Assembly: GCF_006345805.1 (NCBI RefSeq)
Contig: NW_021832127.1
Coordinates: forward strand, 177,891-241,890
Direction: 5' to 3'
Length of the DNA: 64,000 bases
From: Octopus sinensis
Taxonomy: Eukaryota
The notes under the pieces are model-generated. The model saw only the letters and a list, made by a program, of their open reading frames with translations. It was not told the origin of the DNA and did no database searches. Numbering within the stretch: the stretch's first letter is position 1; each line of letters starts with the position of its first letter. The position numbers and the translations under genes are program-made. Positions 1 through 12,696 of the stretch are shown here, piece by piece.

Positions 1-409
1 TTTGGATTTAATTGTGCCCCCGTAGTAAACTTTTAGTTTGTTATTATGAATATAAATAAATTTTATTTTTAATTAAAAATTGTTTAATTAGATGAATTTT
101 TAATAAAAGCACGGTAATCTCGCACACGTGTTATTTTTGTTTAGTTGTACCTGTTTTTATTCCACTTTGTATTAATTTTTTTGTTTAATTGGATTCAGAA
201 GGAATATTTCGTGATGCAGTTTCTTTTAATGATTAAGTTATCTGAAATTGCATCATTTTTGAGATATTTTTTGATTTTATTCCTCTAATCTGCTTCCTTC
301 ACTTTTTTGAGATTTATCGATTTATTTTTTAATCTTCTTTTTTAAATCTCTTTTGAAATTTAATTGATTGATTATTTTATGGAGTGATATTGTATAAAAT
401 AAAGTATTA
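1..409. repeat. T-rich repeat, probably the subterminal region of an rve-integrase element family
   Basis: About 180-290 (ttaattggattcagaaggaata...gatattttttgattttattcc) is clearly similar to about 17590-17700, which lies 3' of an integrase remnant. Confidence 0.4.
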
Positions 410-991
410 TGTCACCGTTCGCTGAATGGACCACGCCGTTGAGTGGACCAAAGGCAGCTTTGGTCGATTTGCGTCCGAATCAGTTTTTGAAATCAACCGA
501 TCTCCCTCAATTATCGCATCTTTGTCGTATTTTCACTTTCGTCTCTTTATCACTTTGTCCGCTTTTACAAGAATGTTGTCATAAGCAACTTTTCGCGCAT
601 TTAAAATTTCCTCTTGCTCTTCATATCCAAGCAAATCATTTCGGTATTTTTCTGGAATGTCTTTAAGGTTTTTCTGGCCCATGAACAAATAAAAAGGAAT
701 CTTCTTAGTTGTCTCATGAACAGTGGAGTTGTAATCAAATACAATGTCTTTAAGAATTACGTCCGAATTTATCACGTGACCCACTTGCAGAATAAATCCA
801 TCTTTTAATCGATTGATTAAATCTATTTCTTTAACGATAACTTTTAAACCTTTCAACTTGGCCCTGGATCCATGGAGCACTTGCTCTGCCGAAAACATGT
901 TTTATTGAATACTTTTCGCATAATTCATCCATAGCGGTATTCTTAAATTCCTCCCCATTGTCCGTGTGCAAAATGACCGGAGGCCCTAATA
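410..991 (-). mobile_element. Ginger-like rve-integrase element, 3' part, interrupted by a Buster hAT
   Basis: Minus strand reads ILHTDNGEEF...FGRASAPWIQGQVE/RFNQSIKRW (D-35-E spacing) then YNSTVHETTKKIPFYLF. 27-nt intron at 823-849 and one further frameshift. Ends in a TGTCAC terminus at 410. Confidence 0.75.
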
Positions 992-3150
992 CAGTGGTTC
1001 TCAAACTTTTTTTCCTTGCGTACCCCTTGCCATCTAAATAATTTTTCGCGTACCCCTTATCGATTTTTAAAAAATTAAGGAAAAAAAAATTTAATTAATG
1101 AGATGGATGGTGTTGTTTATCAATCACTAATCTATCGATTTCTGGATCCTTTGACGAAAGACACACCCGAATATCATGAACAACATTCAGCCTCGCACGA
1201 TGAACTGATTTTAAATTAAACAACGATGAAAATCCTTGTTCGCAGAGATATGTAGTCGGAAACAAAAGCAAAAAATCGATTATATAAAATCCAATATTGT
1301 GATATTTTGATGTCATTTTACACCAAAATTCAATTAATGGTGCAGATTCAAATAAGATTTTTGACTCGTAAGAATTTATTAATTCAATAACTTCTTCTTG
1401 AATATTTGAAGGCAAAACATTAACTTTTACGGAAAAAGGATTGACAAAAAACTTAAGATCTACTTCATTAATTTCAGGTATATATTTTTCAATTTCATTC
1501 TTCAATCCAAGTAAATGGGAAGTTATTTGATGTTTTAAATTTTCTATTTCATTTAATTTTAGATGGAAAATGTTTTCATTCAACTTATCAAACATAGTAA
1601 AATTAGAATTTGTTGTATTATCTATCCACAGTTGGAGCTTCATACGAAAAGACCTACAATATTGCATTATTTCGTAAAAAACCTTGTTTTTTCTAAAAAG
1701 TCAACAATGGTAACTCCCTTAGTTTGTACCGATAAATTCAAAGCATTAATTCGCGAAAAAATGTCCGTTAAATAAGATAGCATTACACCCCAATACATAT
1801 TTGATAACTTTGATAAATATAAATTTTTATTTTCGCGAAGAAAATATTCATAAATTTCATTCTTCAAACTGTGCACTCTGGAAAGAACATTTCCTTTGGA
1901 TAACCATCGAACTTCTGTGTGATATAGTAAAACCTTCTCATCTGAACCAAATTCTTCACAAATTGAATAAAAAATTCGCGAATTTAAAGGACTTTTTTTG
2001 ATATGATTGACAATTTTAATAACATCGTCAAGAACATTTTTAAGTTCAAGAGGCATTGTCTTCACAGCAAGAACATAACGATGCAACATACAGTGAAGAT
2101 GTTTTACATTTGGATTGACAGATTGTACTCTACCTCGGAAACCAGAGTTACATCCAAGCATAGCTGGTGCTCCATCTGTGGTGCATGCACTAAGATTTTG
2201 CCAAAAAGGCCTATCATAAGTAAAAAATCAAAAATGTACCTTCTGTTTCAAAAAAACAATTAACTGCATCGAAAATATCAGAACCTTTTGTGTTTAAAGG
2301 TAAGGAATAGTTGAACAAAAATTCTTCCTTAATATTTTCCATATAAATATATCGCACATAAACGAGTAACTGAGAGCAATTTGCTACATCTGTTGATTCA
2401 TCCAATTGAATTGAAAATTTTTTAAAGGCAGCACTTTTTATTTCAGTAATGACCTAATAATAATTAACCAGAAAATAACTTGTTCTTTTATGTTTTCGGA
2501 TAGATCTCGTATTCTTCTATTGACGGTATCATTTGAACATGGAATTTTTCGAACAATATGCTCCAATTTATTGCCAGGGAAACATTCAAACATGTCCTTA
2601 ATGCACGGTATAATAAGATTCTCGGCAATTGTATGTGGTTTTTTGGCTTTTGCGATCCGATATGAAATCATGTAAGAGAGTTTTGATAGTAAAAAATTAA
2701 TGTCAAAATTGAAAGAATCGTCTATTTTCCGAATATTATCTTTTTTGTTCTTAAAAAAGTCATTTGTTTTCCGATAGTTTCGAAATGATTAGAAACTTGA
2801 TGCCGAGAAAGTAATGAAGGTTTCATGGATTCAGGGCAAAGAATCTTTTGGCAAATAATACACTGCGGATGTGGCACACCGTTTTTAATCACAAAATAAA
2901 ATCCATAGTTGAGATAACTATCGTTGTATTTTCGAATCTTGTTAACAGGTAAACTCATAAGAAAAACTAGTAGCGTGGAGATTTTTTTATTATTAATTAT
3001 TAATTTAATTATGATTTTTATTATAATTAGAATTAATAACTTTTTTATGTTGAAACGAAAATTAAATAGATTTTCAAAAAATTTTCGCGTACCCCCTACA
3101 GAATTTCGCGTACCCCTAGGGGTACGCGTACCCCAGTTTGAGAACCACTG
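992..3150 (-). mobile_element. hAT (Buster-type) transposon with an intron-containing transposase (2958..1095)
   Basis: 16-bp TIR CAGTGGTTCTCAAACT; perfect 8-bp TSD cccTAata (984-991, 3151-3158). BED finger CIIC..HQVSNH, QLDESTD, TDGAPAM, HTEVRWLS, YLCEQGFS. Introns at 2454-2479, 2211-2239, 1654-1682. Two 1-nt homopolymer deletions remain. Confidence 0.95.
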
Positions 3151-3337
3151 CCCTAATAGAACACTTATTGGAATGGACTTACCAATATATAGGGTTTTCG
3201 GATCAATATAATAATTTTTCGAATCAATATAATAATTTTTAAATTCAAAGAATTTTTAAATTCAAAGAAATTCAAAGAAAAAAAGATCAAAAAGAGTAAA
3301 TTATCGTTATTCTTGAATCACTTCAGAATTTGAGCAT

Positions 3338-4450
3338 TTATTCAAATACGTTAACATCTTTCTGTAGATGTAATTGAACATTGCATTGTGAAACTCCTCT
3401 TAGTTTTTTAAATGGTGTTTCATTTATAGAAGAATGAATAGTCGTGTTATATGTAAAAGTGCATCGTTTAATAAATTGGATCCAGTTTTTAGTTGATTCT
3501 TCACTCATCAGCTTTGAAAGATTTCGTGTTAAAGTTTGATTAAATCTTTCCACGGTACCCTGAAACAGATAAATATTGTGTCATTATTTGTGATTGAGGA
3601 TGATTTGGTCTTCCGTAAATATGTTGGATTTTGTTTTTCGTGCAAAAAGAATCGAGATATTTATTCCTAAACTCAGTTCCATTATCTGTTTGTAGAATCT
3701 CGCAAAAGCCGATTTCTGAACAAATTTCTTCGAAAGCCTCAAAAATATCTAAATTCCAATATAAAACATAAATATACTTATTGCAGATTTATTTTTAACT
3801 CCTTTACAAATGGCATACTTACTGTAAACATAAATGACGGTAAATATCCATTTGTATCCATCGTTCGAATCGTTAAATTTTTTAACGTCTATAAGGTCTG
3901 CTTGGAATCGTTCATTTGGTTTTTTGGCAATCACATGGTACTTAGATTCTGAAACCTGCTATATAAGTTTTTTATTTTATACTTTAAGTGGAATGGAAAA
4001 CTTGCATATTGAGCACTCTTTGACGACTCGTTCGATAATTTTACGCATTATTGTGAAATAGGAGTGTAAACATTCCTGTTGCAGTTTACGAATTCCAGAA
4101 TGGCTATTCCGGTGAATAGAATCTGCAATAGTTTGCATCTCACTCTCATTATCCATGCAAATAACTAGTTTGTGCTTTTGAAATCTTTCGTCTTTGAGGT
4201 ATAAGCAGTCATCAATGACAATAAATTTAGTGGATTTTTTAGTTAATTTATATTTTATTTGTCTTGAAGATGTCTGTACAGGTTGGCCATTTAAAATATT
4301 GACTATAGTATGATATTCTGAGATATTTTTTGCAAAACCTATTATTACATATACAGGGGAAAACATTTTAAAGAGGACATGTTGAAAATTGAATAATAAC
4401 GCTAAAAATATTAAATATACCCACACGAGTAACGAATGATTAAACCACAT
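3338..4450 (-). mobile_element. Ginger-like rve integrase gene (HHCC + DD35E); continuous ORF after splicing
   Basis: HRNSH..CSIC zinc motif, QADL, TDNG, VERFN. Removing 3959-3982 (24 nt), 3749-3777 (29 nt) and 3560-3587 (28 nt, AT donor) gives one frame of about 343 codons. Start codon and termini uncertain. Confidence 0.85.
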
Positions 4451-5399
4451 TAATTATGACATCTGACAGCCAATGACCTCGTAAAAATGATTGATTGACA
4501 GGTGACTTGTAGCCAGCATGGGATGCGTAACCACCATGGTACGCGACATAATAATATCAAGTTCAGGTAAAAATAATATCAATAAAATTCCATCATACTT
4601 TTGACAGACGGGGAAGTCTGGATGAGATTAAATACCTACCATAGACTGCATTAATACCATTTAAATTTCAATTCTTTAAAATCAATTTTTATTAAAATAA
4701 ATATTCGAGTCCGTGTTTCAACTTTATAGGTGATAATAAGTTTTCAAAAGTTAGGGGCTCCCCATTTTTGAAAAATCTCTCCAGTACAAAGCCCTTGGAG
4801 AATACACTCAACAGGAGCTTTGCGATATCACAACCACACCCAGTACGGGATTTTCCGTACTATGAGCTCTGACTTGATAGTCATTTTGAAAAGATCAAAA
4901 GTCTTCCTCCCTGTTGAATAATAACTCATTAAGTCTCCGAGATATCTGTGCTTTGCAAGCAGTTTGTGAGCCACAGATTGCATTTGCAACTTCGATGACA
5001 TCCAACGACATTTTGGATTTATTTAACAAAACTTAAGTGGTTTCTTTAATTGAATTCATATGCTCCATTTATTTTATTCAAACAACTACTCCAATAAAAC
5101 GATTACGCTATTGAGGATAGAATTTCTAACTTTATCCAATGGAAATTTGATTTTTCAATAAATTATACTGACTAATATTAAATTATATTTTTATACATAT
5201 AATATTTTCAAAGAGGCACATGGTTTTAGTAATTCGTGTTGTGCATGTATAGAATATCATTTACTTTTGTATTTGATTGCCAACAGCATGCTAAATTATT
5301 ATTGGTTTCTTGATGATTCCATTGACATAATCTTAAAAACTCTTGATCTATTTAAATATTACAGCTAGGTAGTCGAAGGGATTGTGAGGTAGTCAAGGA

Positions 5400-5620
5400 G
5401 CAGGCACAAATCAACAAATGTCTCGCAAGAGCTCACAGAAACTTACTAAGACTTAAGTTGTTTACGTGGTTTATCAAATTTGTTGCAACTGTGATAGACA
5501 GGTGGAACGTGCATCTACATTACAACAAATGCGATATAGGAGAGGTCAAGCTAGAGAGGGGCATCAAGGAGACAGTATGTCTACGCTGGTGTTTGTCCTG
5601 GTAATCTAGCAAAAAGCAGT
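5400..5620 (+). mobile_element. decayed RLE-type (R4/Dong-like) reverse transcriptase fragment
   Basis: RWNVHLHYNKCDIGEVKLERGI-QGDSMSTLVFVL matches the RT GILQGDSLSPLLF region; frameshifted. Confidence 0.6.
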
Positions 5621-6719
5621 TATTAGTATACTAAATAATATAATTGCATATCATCTTGGGTGGTAATTGTTTTAAGAGGAGTTTTATTGGCTTAAAAAAG
5701 ACTACGAGTATCAAAGATGACTCGTGGCCAGATATGAGGCCTAAATCAATGCATTGTCGTTACCCGGGTCTTCAAGTCTAGGCCTGGGACAGATACGGTG
5801 CTACATATTACTAATTTAAAGTAAATCTCTCACGTTGATTTAATAATCTTATTCTTAATAGTGTGACCGTTCTGAGCGAGATGTAAACATGTCGTTTACA
5901 TTTTCCGGCAGGGCTATTTAGGGAATTTTTAATACTTTTGAAATTAAGGCACGATAAAACGTGTTACGGAGTATTTTCTTGGTGATGGAGCCCGCTATTT
6001 GCAGTTAAATCACACCTATCATGTTAAAAAGAATTAGTGTCTAATATTTGAACCAAAATGTATATGTTCTTATTTCTACACAAATTCCTTTAGTCCTAGC
6101 AAATTCTACTTAATCCTTTTGGTTTGTTGATTTACCAAATCCTACTGACCTTTCTTCAACCACCTCATTTTTTTATATTCCTAAGATAATTTTTGGCACA
6201 GTTCAAGTAATATGCCAACTAAAGTCAGAATCGACACACTAACAAGCTTCCTTAATTTCACACGATACGTCTCGTTCTTTTGTTCTATAATATCTGGAGA
6301 CCACAGTTTATAAGCATCCACAGCCTAGGCCTACTCCTCATCCTGCCCTGCTCCCTTCTGTCGTCTTAAAGTAAATCCAAAGAAAGCACAGATTAAGGAA
6401 AATCGGAGAAACTCGACTTCTGCTTGATGTTTTAAAATTTGCATATTAAATCGGTATTTAAAAGAAGAATTTCTGACTGATCTTAACGCCATTTATGCCT
6501 CGTCTGCTAATCATGTTTACTTGCGTTATTATGTAAACTGGCCAATAGTACTATTTGCGGTTTTTACGGGTTTTTTCACTTTTATATTTTAAGTAAAACG
6601 ACTTAAAAGGGATATGAGATCGAGGCCTTCCGAACGGTAATAAATGTTTTTGCAACGTTTTTTCACTTTTCGTCATTGGATAAAATTATATATCTTTGAT
6701 AAGCCTTATAATTCTTTGG

Positions 6720-7500
6720 GTACACTTTATGACAAAATTTTCACTCACTACCCACATAATACGGTTCAATGGTGTGTATTGTCAAAGTTTTATTATCGGT
6801 TATAACATATTTAATTAAGTATATGGTAAAGATGGCGTATATTATGACATTGGACGGGTCTTTGATAAATCCAGACATAAATTCTTGGTATTCTTTTGGT
6901 TTGTTGATTTACCATAGACAATTAGTTCGTAGTAAAGTCATTTTTGACGAAATTTGGTTTTGGATGTCTCTGGTTATTTTTCAATCGTGGGTTAAGAAAG
7001 CATTTTGAATAGATATTTCCCCCAATGACTCAAAAACCCGAATCATTTTCACAGGAACAGTCAATTGATATTCTACGTTTATTTTTATTTCAAAAATTGC
7101 CTCGACGATAAGCTGTCCGTGGAGGTACACCATGGCGGAAACAGAGTACTTAATGTAGGCCAACTAATTTGTTTGATCACTCGACGGGCTATATCAAGAC
7201 TGAGACGTTTCCTCAATAGATGTGTCAGATCACAACCACACAACTCTATCATAACAGTTGTTGGCGTTCTACTAGGACTTATATTTTCAATTGTAAGTCA
7301 AAGTCGTGGAGTTTGATAATATTGACGTGGCTTAGAGTGTTATTTAGGATGGTTATCCAGTTGACTATGTTGTCAGAGATGGTGACGTATATTTTCTTCC
7401 GCGATATTAGTTTAACTGCGACTTTTTATTCTAAGGAAACAATTTTATTGGATCATTTCATAAAATCAACGTCAAATGAACTGGAGATAATCTATCGGGC
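6720..7500 (-). pseudogene. decayed Ser/Thr protein kinase (CAMK/ULK-like N-lobe to subdomain VI)
   Basis: KVAVKLISRKKI...ILNNTLSHVNIIKLHDF...MIELCGCDLTHLLRKRLSLDIARRVIKQI...SAMVYLHGQLIV. In-frame stops, frameshifts and intron-like ~28-nt gaps with damaged splice sites. Confidence 0.6.
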
Positions 7501-7956
7501 AATTCATATCTCCTAATATAACAACTGAATCGTCTCCGAACCTAAAATATCTTAGGCAATGCAAATAAAGGCTGTCTCCACCAATATACTCCAAATTTTT
7601 AAGAAACTCAAGAGTTTGTAATTCATTGGGAACGGAAAAGAGGATGAATCCAGACACTGCCTGGACCCAACTTAAATATTTCAGGTTCTCGATTCGAATA
7701 GTTCTATTTATAGTAATTTGCAATCATTACTCTTTAGGCATTATGTAAAGACTCCCGATTACGACAGAACAACGCTCAAATTGTTTGATGTTCGAATTGG
7801 TGATCGCAATTTTATCATCCACGATTTCACAAACTATTTTTTTGTAAATAAAGACATTTCTAAACTATAAGAGTTGTTGAAAAGGTTCATTTTTATTGCG
7901 AGTCCGTCCATTAATACTTCCCGTTGTTCACATTCCAACTCATTTTCACAATCGTG
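7501..7956 (-). pseudogene. partial genomic duplicate of the Receptor-L-domain gene
   Basis: Near-identical to 14929-15381 (about 11 substitutions plus small indels by manual count). Keeps introns 2 and 3; lacks the start and the 3' end. Confidence 0.9.
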
Positions 7957-8085
7957 CTTTATTTTGTTTGAAGTTTTTTTTAGAAATTCGCATTTAGAAT
8001 GCTTTTGGATCAATTGAAAATTATTGTCGTGCTCATTAAAAATATGCCTGGTTAAAAATATAGATCGATCGATAGAAAATTGATG
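7957..8085. repeat. dispersed ~125-bp repeat, inverted copy at about 14268-14385
   Basis: attttctatcgat..tttttaaccaggc.tatttttaatgagcacgaca.. occurs in both places in opposite orientation, with moderate divergence. Confidence 0.7.
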
Positions 8086-8344
8086 TCGAGTCCATTCACA
8101 TTGTTTATTTTATTCAAAATGCAGAAAATTATTTTTTGTTGGGAAGGTTTTAAGGACCTCATAATTGAGTATATTCTTAATATGTTAGTTTTTTGGTTGG
8201 AATATTTTTGGAGAACCTCATTATTTTGGTCTTGTTCCCCATTATTGGGCAATTATAAGGGAGTAGGATTTTGACAATTTATCTGTACTTTGACAATTTG
8301 AAGTTGGTGTCCAAACACAGACACATACCATTTTATTATTAAGA
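8085..8344 (-). mobile_element. Helitron 5'-end remnant (same family as 20588-25971)
   Basis: A|TCTTAATAATAAAATGGTATG 5' terminus at 8344, then a diverged single copy of the ~95-bp satellite unit. Confidence 0.8.
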
Positions 8345-9049
8345 TGATGTAAAAAAATTAATATGGCTACATTCTCTTGATGAAGTGATGACTTACATCG
8401 AAAAAGAAAAATTAACTACGCAAAAATAAGCTGGAATTTATCGTTACAAAAAAAGTTTATGAAAAAATCATTCTTATTGTTATCGTAAATTTACCTGTAT
8501 TTTAAGTTTATTCATTTTCTACCTCCAATTCTATCTAGTGATGCAGGAAAAAATTATCTCATCTGTCAAATTGAAAATCGGATTTGGTCTAATCTTCAGA
8601 TAGAAACTATTTCATTTAGATGGACATTAAAAAATTGACCTCAGGAAATTGATTGCGTGTGGAAATTGATTTCGACTTTCTTTTTAAAAATAGGAAATTC
8701 AATATACGCTTTATGGCAATGGCGGGTAAGCTCAACATGCAGCGCGGAACTCTCGCCTTAGCAGAGAGAAGAGACTGTCTTTTATTTGATCAATACGATC
8801 TGTCTTTTGATACTGATCGCTTATAAGAGCTCGTAAACCACTTTTTAAGAGTACGTTTCGATTCAGCTTCTTTCCCTTGACAAAAGTTGATGGGAGTTCA
8901 ACTCTCAAGCAATTTTTGCCAAAAAATTGCCTAGCTAAGTCGTCACAGTTTAATTCGAACATGAGAAACTTTTCGACGATCTTAATCATCCTCTAGTGAA
9001 CAAATGCAAAAATGGATTTAATCAAACTTTGATGTCACCACGCAAAGGT

Positions 9050-12000
9050 TTGAGCAAAATCTCACTGGTAACATCAATAACTTAAAAATTCCTATTAAGA
9101 ATAAAAAGCTAGAATGGTCACCATCATAATTGAGTCTTAGCTTTAAGATTCAAGACATACAAATTAAAGACTTTTCTTAGGAGAGATGCAAGTCTTTTTT
9201 AAACGCTCAGATTAGTGGATCTTCTAGACAAGCTTTAGATTTCAAAGGCACATAAAAACTTGATTTTGCAACCGAAACATGGGGACTTTCTCTTTTTGGT
9301 AAAAATGTTGAAGTACAAACTACTGGCAAAATTAAAATGCAAAATGCGCTTGAAATTTCACTTCTAAATATTAAGTTTAATGGAAAAAAATTTAATGCTT
9401 TTACCATCTTTCAACTTCCATTGGAGGTGACTTAATTCGTATGAATAGAGCTCTTCCTTTTATGATCTGCACTTGGCTTAATTTTACTTTGATGTAAAAG
9501 AAGAACAAAACGGGCACGACATTGAGTTGGATTTAAAAAGCTTTTATCTAAAAATGAATGGGTCGTTTAATGTTTATGACAAATTCGAACTCAAAAGAAA
9601 TTGTAATCCTCAAAAAATCGATTAGAAAATTTTCGAAAAAAGAGAAAAAATCGAGAAAACTAACTAAAATACAAAAAGCCCTTGTCATTAAAAAACGCAC
9701 AGAGGTAGAGTTCAATGTAGCTCCCTTTGCTTGTTCTATAAGAACTGAAGATGAACTTTTCCCAAAGTAAACACCAACTTTTACCATTCCATTTTTGATG
9801 CTAATATAATAATCAACTCACTGAATTAAAACATCAAAGAAAATGTGAAGAAACTGCACCTGGCCGATTTGACTTAAACTTACATAAAAAAGCAACAACC
9901 TAACCTTTGGCGTTTGAAATGCAAGGGAATCTAAAACTACAAGGAACAAGAAAAAGTGGACAAATTAAAGGCACTGGTAAACGTGACAATTTTCTGACTC
10001 CTTGAGGAACGATCGACTTGAAGACATCACCGCATCTATACATGGAAAAATTACATATCTGGCTATTGTTTTCCTCGATTCTCTCTCTTATATCAAAAAC
10101 CCTTCTGAAGCACTATCCTCTGCTTTTCTTGGCGACTTAGTCAATTATTCTCTTGATATAGAACTCATTGAAGAAAATGGCAGGCTCGATATTAACTTTG
10201 AAGAGGTAAAAAAAGACCACGAACGTTAAAGGGACCGCCTGACCTGCCAAATCCGTGACCTCAAACACAGCAATCCTGGCCGATCTTACCGGGGAAGAAC
10301 AACAAGGAAAAGTAGCCATTCTTAAAAAGACACAAATCAGGAGAGAGGAATTCAGGACCACTCCGAAACGCTACAAAAATTTAGAAATATAAACGAGAAT
10401 GAATTTGTGAGATGTAAAGTGCAGTTGAGAGAACAACTTTCGGGGGGTCGGGACCACGTGAGGGCCCTCAATCAGAAGATTTTTCATTTTACTTCTCAGG
10501 ACTCTCTTTGGAAGGTAAAGAATAGCCACAAGAGTATGATCAAGCAGCTTAAATTGGATTTTCAAGAACAAATATGATCACTTGAACAGTAATATACTGA
10601 TTATTTGAATCAGTTGAGTATTAAAGTTGATTTGTCTTATTTATAGAATTCCAAACTGGTTAACCTGAAAGAAGAATTTAATTGTTATAAAATATTGACA
10701 CAGACAACTTGAGAATGAAAACAAAGGAACAAACGAAGGTGTTTTTGGATTTTGTTGGCTGATTGTCATTTCTGTTGCTTTTGCAAAGACACGTTGCATG
10801 TTGATCAACTGATGCTTCGCCTGTTTTGCATAAAAAGGGAATTAAGAGAGGAAAGTTTAAGGAAATAGATAGCAGGAAGTCCAAAAGACTAAATCACTCC
10901 CAATGAAAATATAGTCTCCATACCTCATGATCGGGAAGTAAGTGTGGAGCATAGCCATTTAAATAAAAGGGTGTAAAATCTTTAAAAAATAAAAAAGCCG
11001 ATTAATACGGAAAAAAGGAAAGTATAAAAGATGTCATCCCCAGATGGTACCTCCAACTATTTTCAACCATGCTGTTTACACCCTTTTTATTGAGTGACAA
11101 GGAATACAGCATTTATTTTACAAATTAGCCCTAAAAATTTTAAAAATAGTGGGTTGAAGTATGGGAATGCTTTCGTTCTTCTGTAGGCTAAAATAAATTC
11201 CATAATCTTATGAAAGAGATCTACGAAGAAATTCTCCATAAAAGAATCCTTAATTATAGTAACCCTATCTCAAAAAATTTCCAGACTTTCCCCGCCCAAT
11301 AAGCTCAAAAGCCCACCAAAAGAAAATCGACGATAACTTTCAATTCTGATGAATCTGTTCTTTGGCAAGGAATCACTTTCTGGCTTTTAATCACAACTGC
11401 TGAGGACTCTGAAGAGCGTCCGCAGATTAATAAAAACTGCATTGAGCTTATGGCTAATGCCTACAAGGAGATTTAGGCTATAAATTGTGATTGAAGTTCT
11501 TGGCAACCCATTCATGATTTTCCTGAATGAATTTTGTGCAACGTGATGGCGCAACCAAGTGAGTTGATCTTTGGACTCACTCAGCTTTTGAAAACCAGAA
11601 ATCCCTTCTAACTTCTGCATTTTATCAATTTCTTATTCAAGAAACTGTTTTCATGTTTCGACTTGGTCAGGTTTTCGATAAGTAGGAAGAGGATTGGTGT
11701 CAGTAACACAAAAAAGTGAACAAAAACTTCCTCAGTTCTGGAGAGAAACGAGGGCGTCCACGGAAACGAGGGGTTTCAGCCGTCAGCCTCGATGGGGACC
11801 GAAGCTATCAAACCTTCAATAGTAGTATGATCAACCTTTACAATGCAAAACTTCACTCAACAACGAAATAGTTTATATTTTTACTTAGTTATAAAAAAGA
11901 CGACGCGGGTGCTTTTAGCGAAGAAGCTAGAAGAGGTCGTGTTACAACAACTATTAGAAATTTTATAGAAAATCTGATTCTAGCACTTAAATACCTTTTA

Positions 12001-12690
12001 TCTTTAAGTGCTGAAAAATAAACCATTTATGACGCTGTGATCACACTTCAAGGAGAGCTTGAAGAACATAAAGATGGAAGGCTACTGGAGCCTACAGCAA
12101 AAGCTCTAACTGAAGCTTTAGAGATTCCCGAGCACAAAAAAGTTGTAAGAGATTTGCCCTTTTCTCCAAAGTTTCGTCAAAGAAAAATCTTTTTGCAATT
12201 TGGAAGCACGCTCTTTTCAAATTTCAGTAAGAAAAAAGTCTAGTCCTACTCGTGTTAGGAAAGAACAAGAACTATCTCTCAAGCTAAAAGAGAGCGTAGG
12301 CTACAAATAATTTACGAAAAGCTTGCAACTCTCCATGTTCACTCTTTAAGCTTTGGCAATGATGTCATTACTATCAAACGTGAAATTAACTAATTAGGAA
12401 GCCTCCGGAAGCTTCTCCCAATTAATTTGCTCACTTGAAAAAAACGCTGCAAATGCTTTTTAATCCTAGCCAATTTAGAATCTCTAGGCACAGCCCTAAT
12501 TCATCACTTAACCATAACTTCTAGAAAATTTTACAGCTCCTGTTACTACTTTTGAAATATTTTTGCGCAAAGTTGTTTCAGCGAAGCTTGAAGGGAGTTT
12601 GGGTCAGGTGAAGCCATTATACAATCGTCAAATTAGTATTATTGATCCAAGACAGCAATTTTTAATCAATCGATTTATTTTTTTGATTTA
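9050..12690 (+). pseudogene. unidentified decayed long coding block
   Basis: Runs of 70-90 open codons on the + strand separated by single stops or frameshifts, despite high AT. No family motif recognised. Confidence 0.4.
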
Positions 12691-12696
12691 ATTGTA

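Noticed and set aside
6000-6450. Ty3/gypsy pol remnant
   Set aside because: Only vague similarity; no intact motif to support it.
6720-7956. Functional L-domain receptor kinase fusion
   Set aside because: The frames are offset at 7500, there is no signal peptide or TM segment, and the kinase is Ser/Thr-like and full of stops.
6720-12690. TAA/TAG reassigned to Gln, suggested by scattered in-frame stops in long frames
   Set aside because: The intact L-domain gene uses only CAA/CAG for its Gln codons, transposases end at TAA in the expected place, and TGA stops also occur. Ordinary decay explains the pattern.
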